From: Utricularia gibba
Lineage: Eukaryota > Plantae > Magnoliophyta
Reading direction: 5' to 3'
DNA length: 64,000 nt
NCBI GenBank assembly: GCA_002189035.1
Contig: NEEC01000015.1
Span: 1,116,001 to 1,180,000, forward strand
Shown here: positions 62,850 through 64,000 of the stretch, piece after piece
How positions within the stretch are numbered: the first letter of the stretch is position 1
How the letters are laid out: each line of letters starts with the position of its first letter
The notes under the pieces: generated by a model
Told to the model about the DNA's origin: nothing
The model's database searches: none
Seen by the model: the letters and a program-made list of their open reading frames with translations, nothing else
Translations under genes and position numbers: made by a program

Positions 62850-64000
62850 TCAGCTGAACTTCCCCAGCTCCATCTTCTTTTTGATGGCTCTTTGGCCGTG
62901 GTACACGAAGGAGTCGATTATTCCAGAGACAGTGAATACCCCTGAACATGGTAGGATCAGACGGGTTTAGATGGAAACTGGGAATGATACACCACACAAG
63001 GAGAAGAGGAGGTACCTCCAACAATGGCGCAGACGTTTGTGAGGAAGTGCAGGAATGATATGTGCGTTTCTGTGAAAGTCACCTGTCACCAAAGTAGAAT
63101 TGTCACTTGTTCACTGAGTTGCTACGGAAATCAGAAGGGAATACCTTAATGGGGGAAAGATCATAGAAGAAAAACACTCCTGGAATGGACAGAGGAAGGC
63201 CCAGCTCATATCCTTTAAAATGTTCAGTTACAGAGAACTGTAATGAATGTTATACTCTGGTGTTAGCTTGTTTTGGGGATAAACAGAGGATGATGTAAGT
63301 GGTGCCTCCAACAGACCTGATTCGATAGGATTTTGTGCCCATTGACATCTGTAAATACGGTTGGTACCACCTGAAATCCAAACACAACATTCAAGAATTT
63401 CACCAACCTCAATCAAATACATTCATGACAAAAAAAAAAAGGAAATGAAAAGCTAGCATAATATACTCCCATTAGTGAACTACACGGTGCAATGCAATGA
63501 AACATGGACATAAAAATACATTCAAAAGGCAATAAAGTAAATTTAGAACAAAGGGTATAATATAACTACACGCTGCTGTTAAAGGACTATTCTGGCTGGT
63601 TCAAACCTTGAGGAAGTACTGATACATGGCGTTTGCTGAATGTTGAGTCCATTCTGCACTGCAGGAAATAGAACATGAGTGCAAGCGAGGGAAAGAGCAG
63701 CATTTAATCACCAAAGGAAATGTGAACTGAAATTTTAAAAAATACCCATCGAGAGGATTCACCACACCAGGGAAATAGTCTCCAAATGCTAATCTGTTGA
63801 TCTTGTGACTAATCTGTGAGTTAAATAAGATGCTTTGTTGAGGCTAGCTTTAGAAAAAAGAAAATAGAGAAGGGTAGATTGTGCAATCTTACATTAAAAC
63901 TGTCCTTTTGAAATGCCACAAGGTCATGAACATGCACGCTTGAATGCTGAAAGCTCTTCCCAGGAGCAAAGTGAAAATTACCGCCTACCTTATTGACATC
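62850..64000 (-). CDS. ERGIC3: ER-Golgi intermediate compartment protein 3 (Erv46/ERGIC3-like); 5' part lies beyond the window
   Basis: Exons give DVNKVGGNFHFAPGKSF...|ISHKINRLAFGDYFPGVVNPLDG|...MYQYFLK|VVPTVF...SNQ|FSVTEHF...PGVFFFYDLSPIK|VTFTE...FLHFLTNVCAIVGG|VFTVSGIIDSFVYHG...KKKMELGKFS*. Confidence 0.95.

Noticed and set aside
62850-62885. Suspected frameshift at the ERGIC3 C-terminal A-run
   Set aside because: Recounting gives ATC AAA AAG AAG ATG, which is in frame and ends KKKMELGKFS* as expected.
1-64000. CRISPR arrays, rRNA/tRNA genes, LTR or DNA transposon ORFs, U12 (AT-AC) introns
   Set aside because: None seen by eye. The only repeats are microsatellites, poly-A/T runs and short local duplications. 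A tRNAscan or Infernal run would be needed to exclude small RNAs fully.

Overview
This is eukaryotic, flowering-plant nuclear DNA with spliced GT-AG genes. It is unusually compact: about 22 gene or pseudogene loci in 64 kb, mostly 70-120 nt introns, short AT-rich spacers and no recognisable transposon coding sequence. Order of loci: synaptotagmin (3' part), small membrane protein, flavanone 3-hydroxylase, a decayed coiled-coil gene, ATL RING-H2 E3 ligase, small plastid-type membrane protein, U-box/ARM E3 ligase (PUB43/44), HMGB, CLC-c-type anion transporter, NPC1, APH1, homoserine kinase pseudogene, uncharacterised protein, UDP-Rha/UDP-Gal transporter, GIGANTEA, GET4, laccase, FAF-like mini-protein, ATG14, a decayed acidic-protein gene, a frameshifted group-A bZIP, and ERGIC3 (3' part). 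I found no prokaryote-type systems (CRISPR, operons, rRNA/tRNA) and no clearly new multi-gene system. The most notable signals are (i) four genes caught in decay by deletions or frameshifts, (ii) three introns carrying short duplications that copy their own 5' splice donor, (iii) two GC-AG introns and a stop-free in-frame intron, and (iv) evening-element plus ABRE motifs upstream of GI. All family assignments come from manual translation and remembered motifs; no database search was run.
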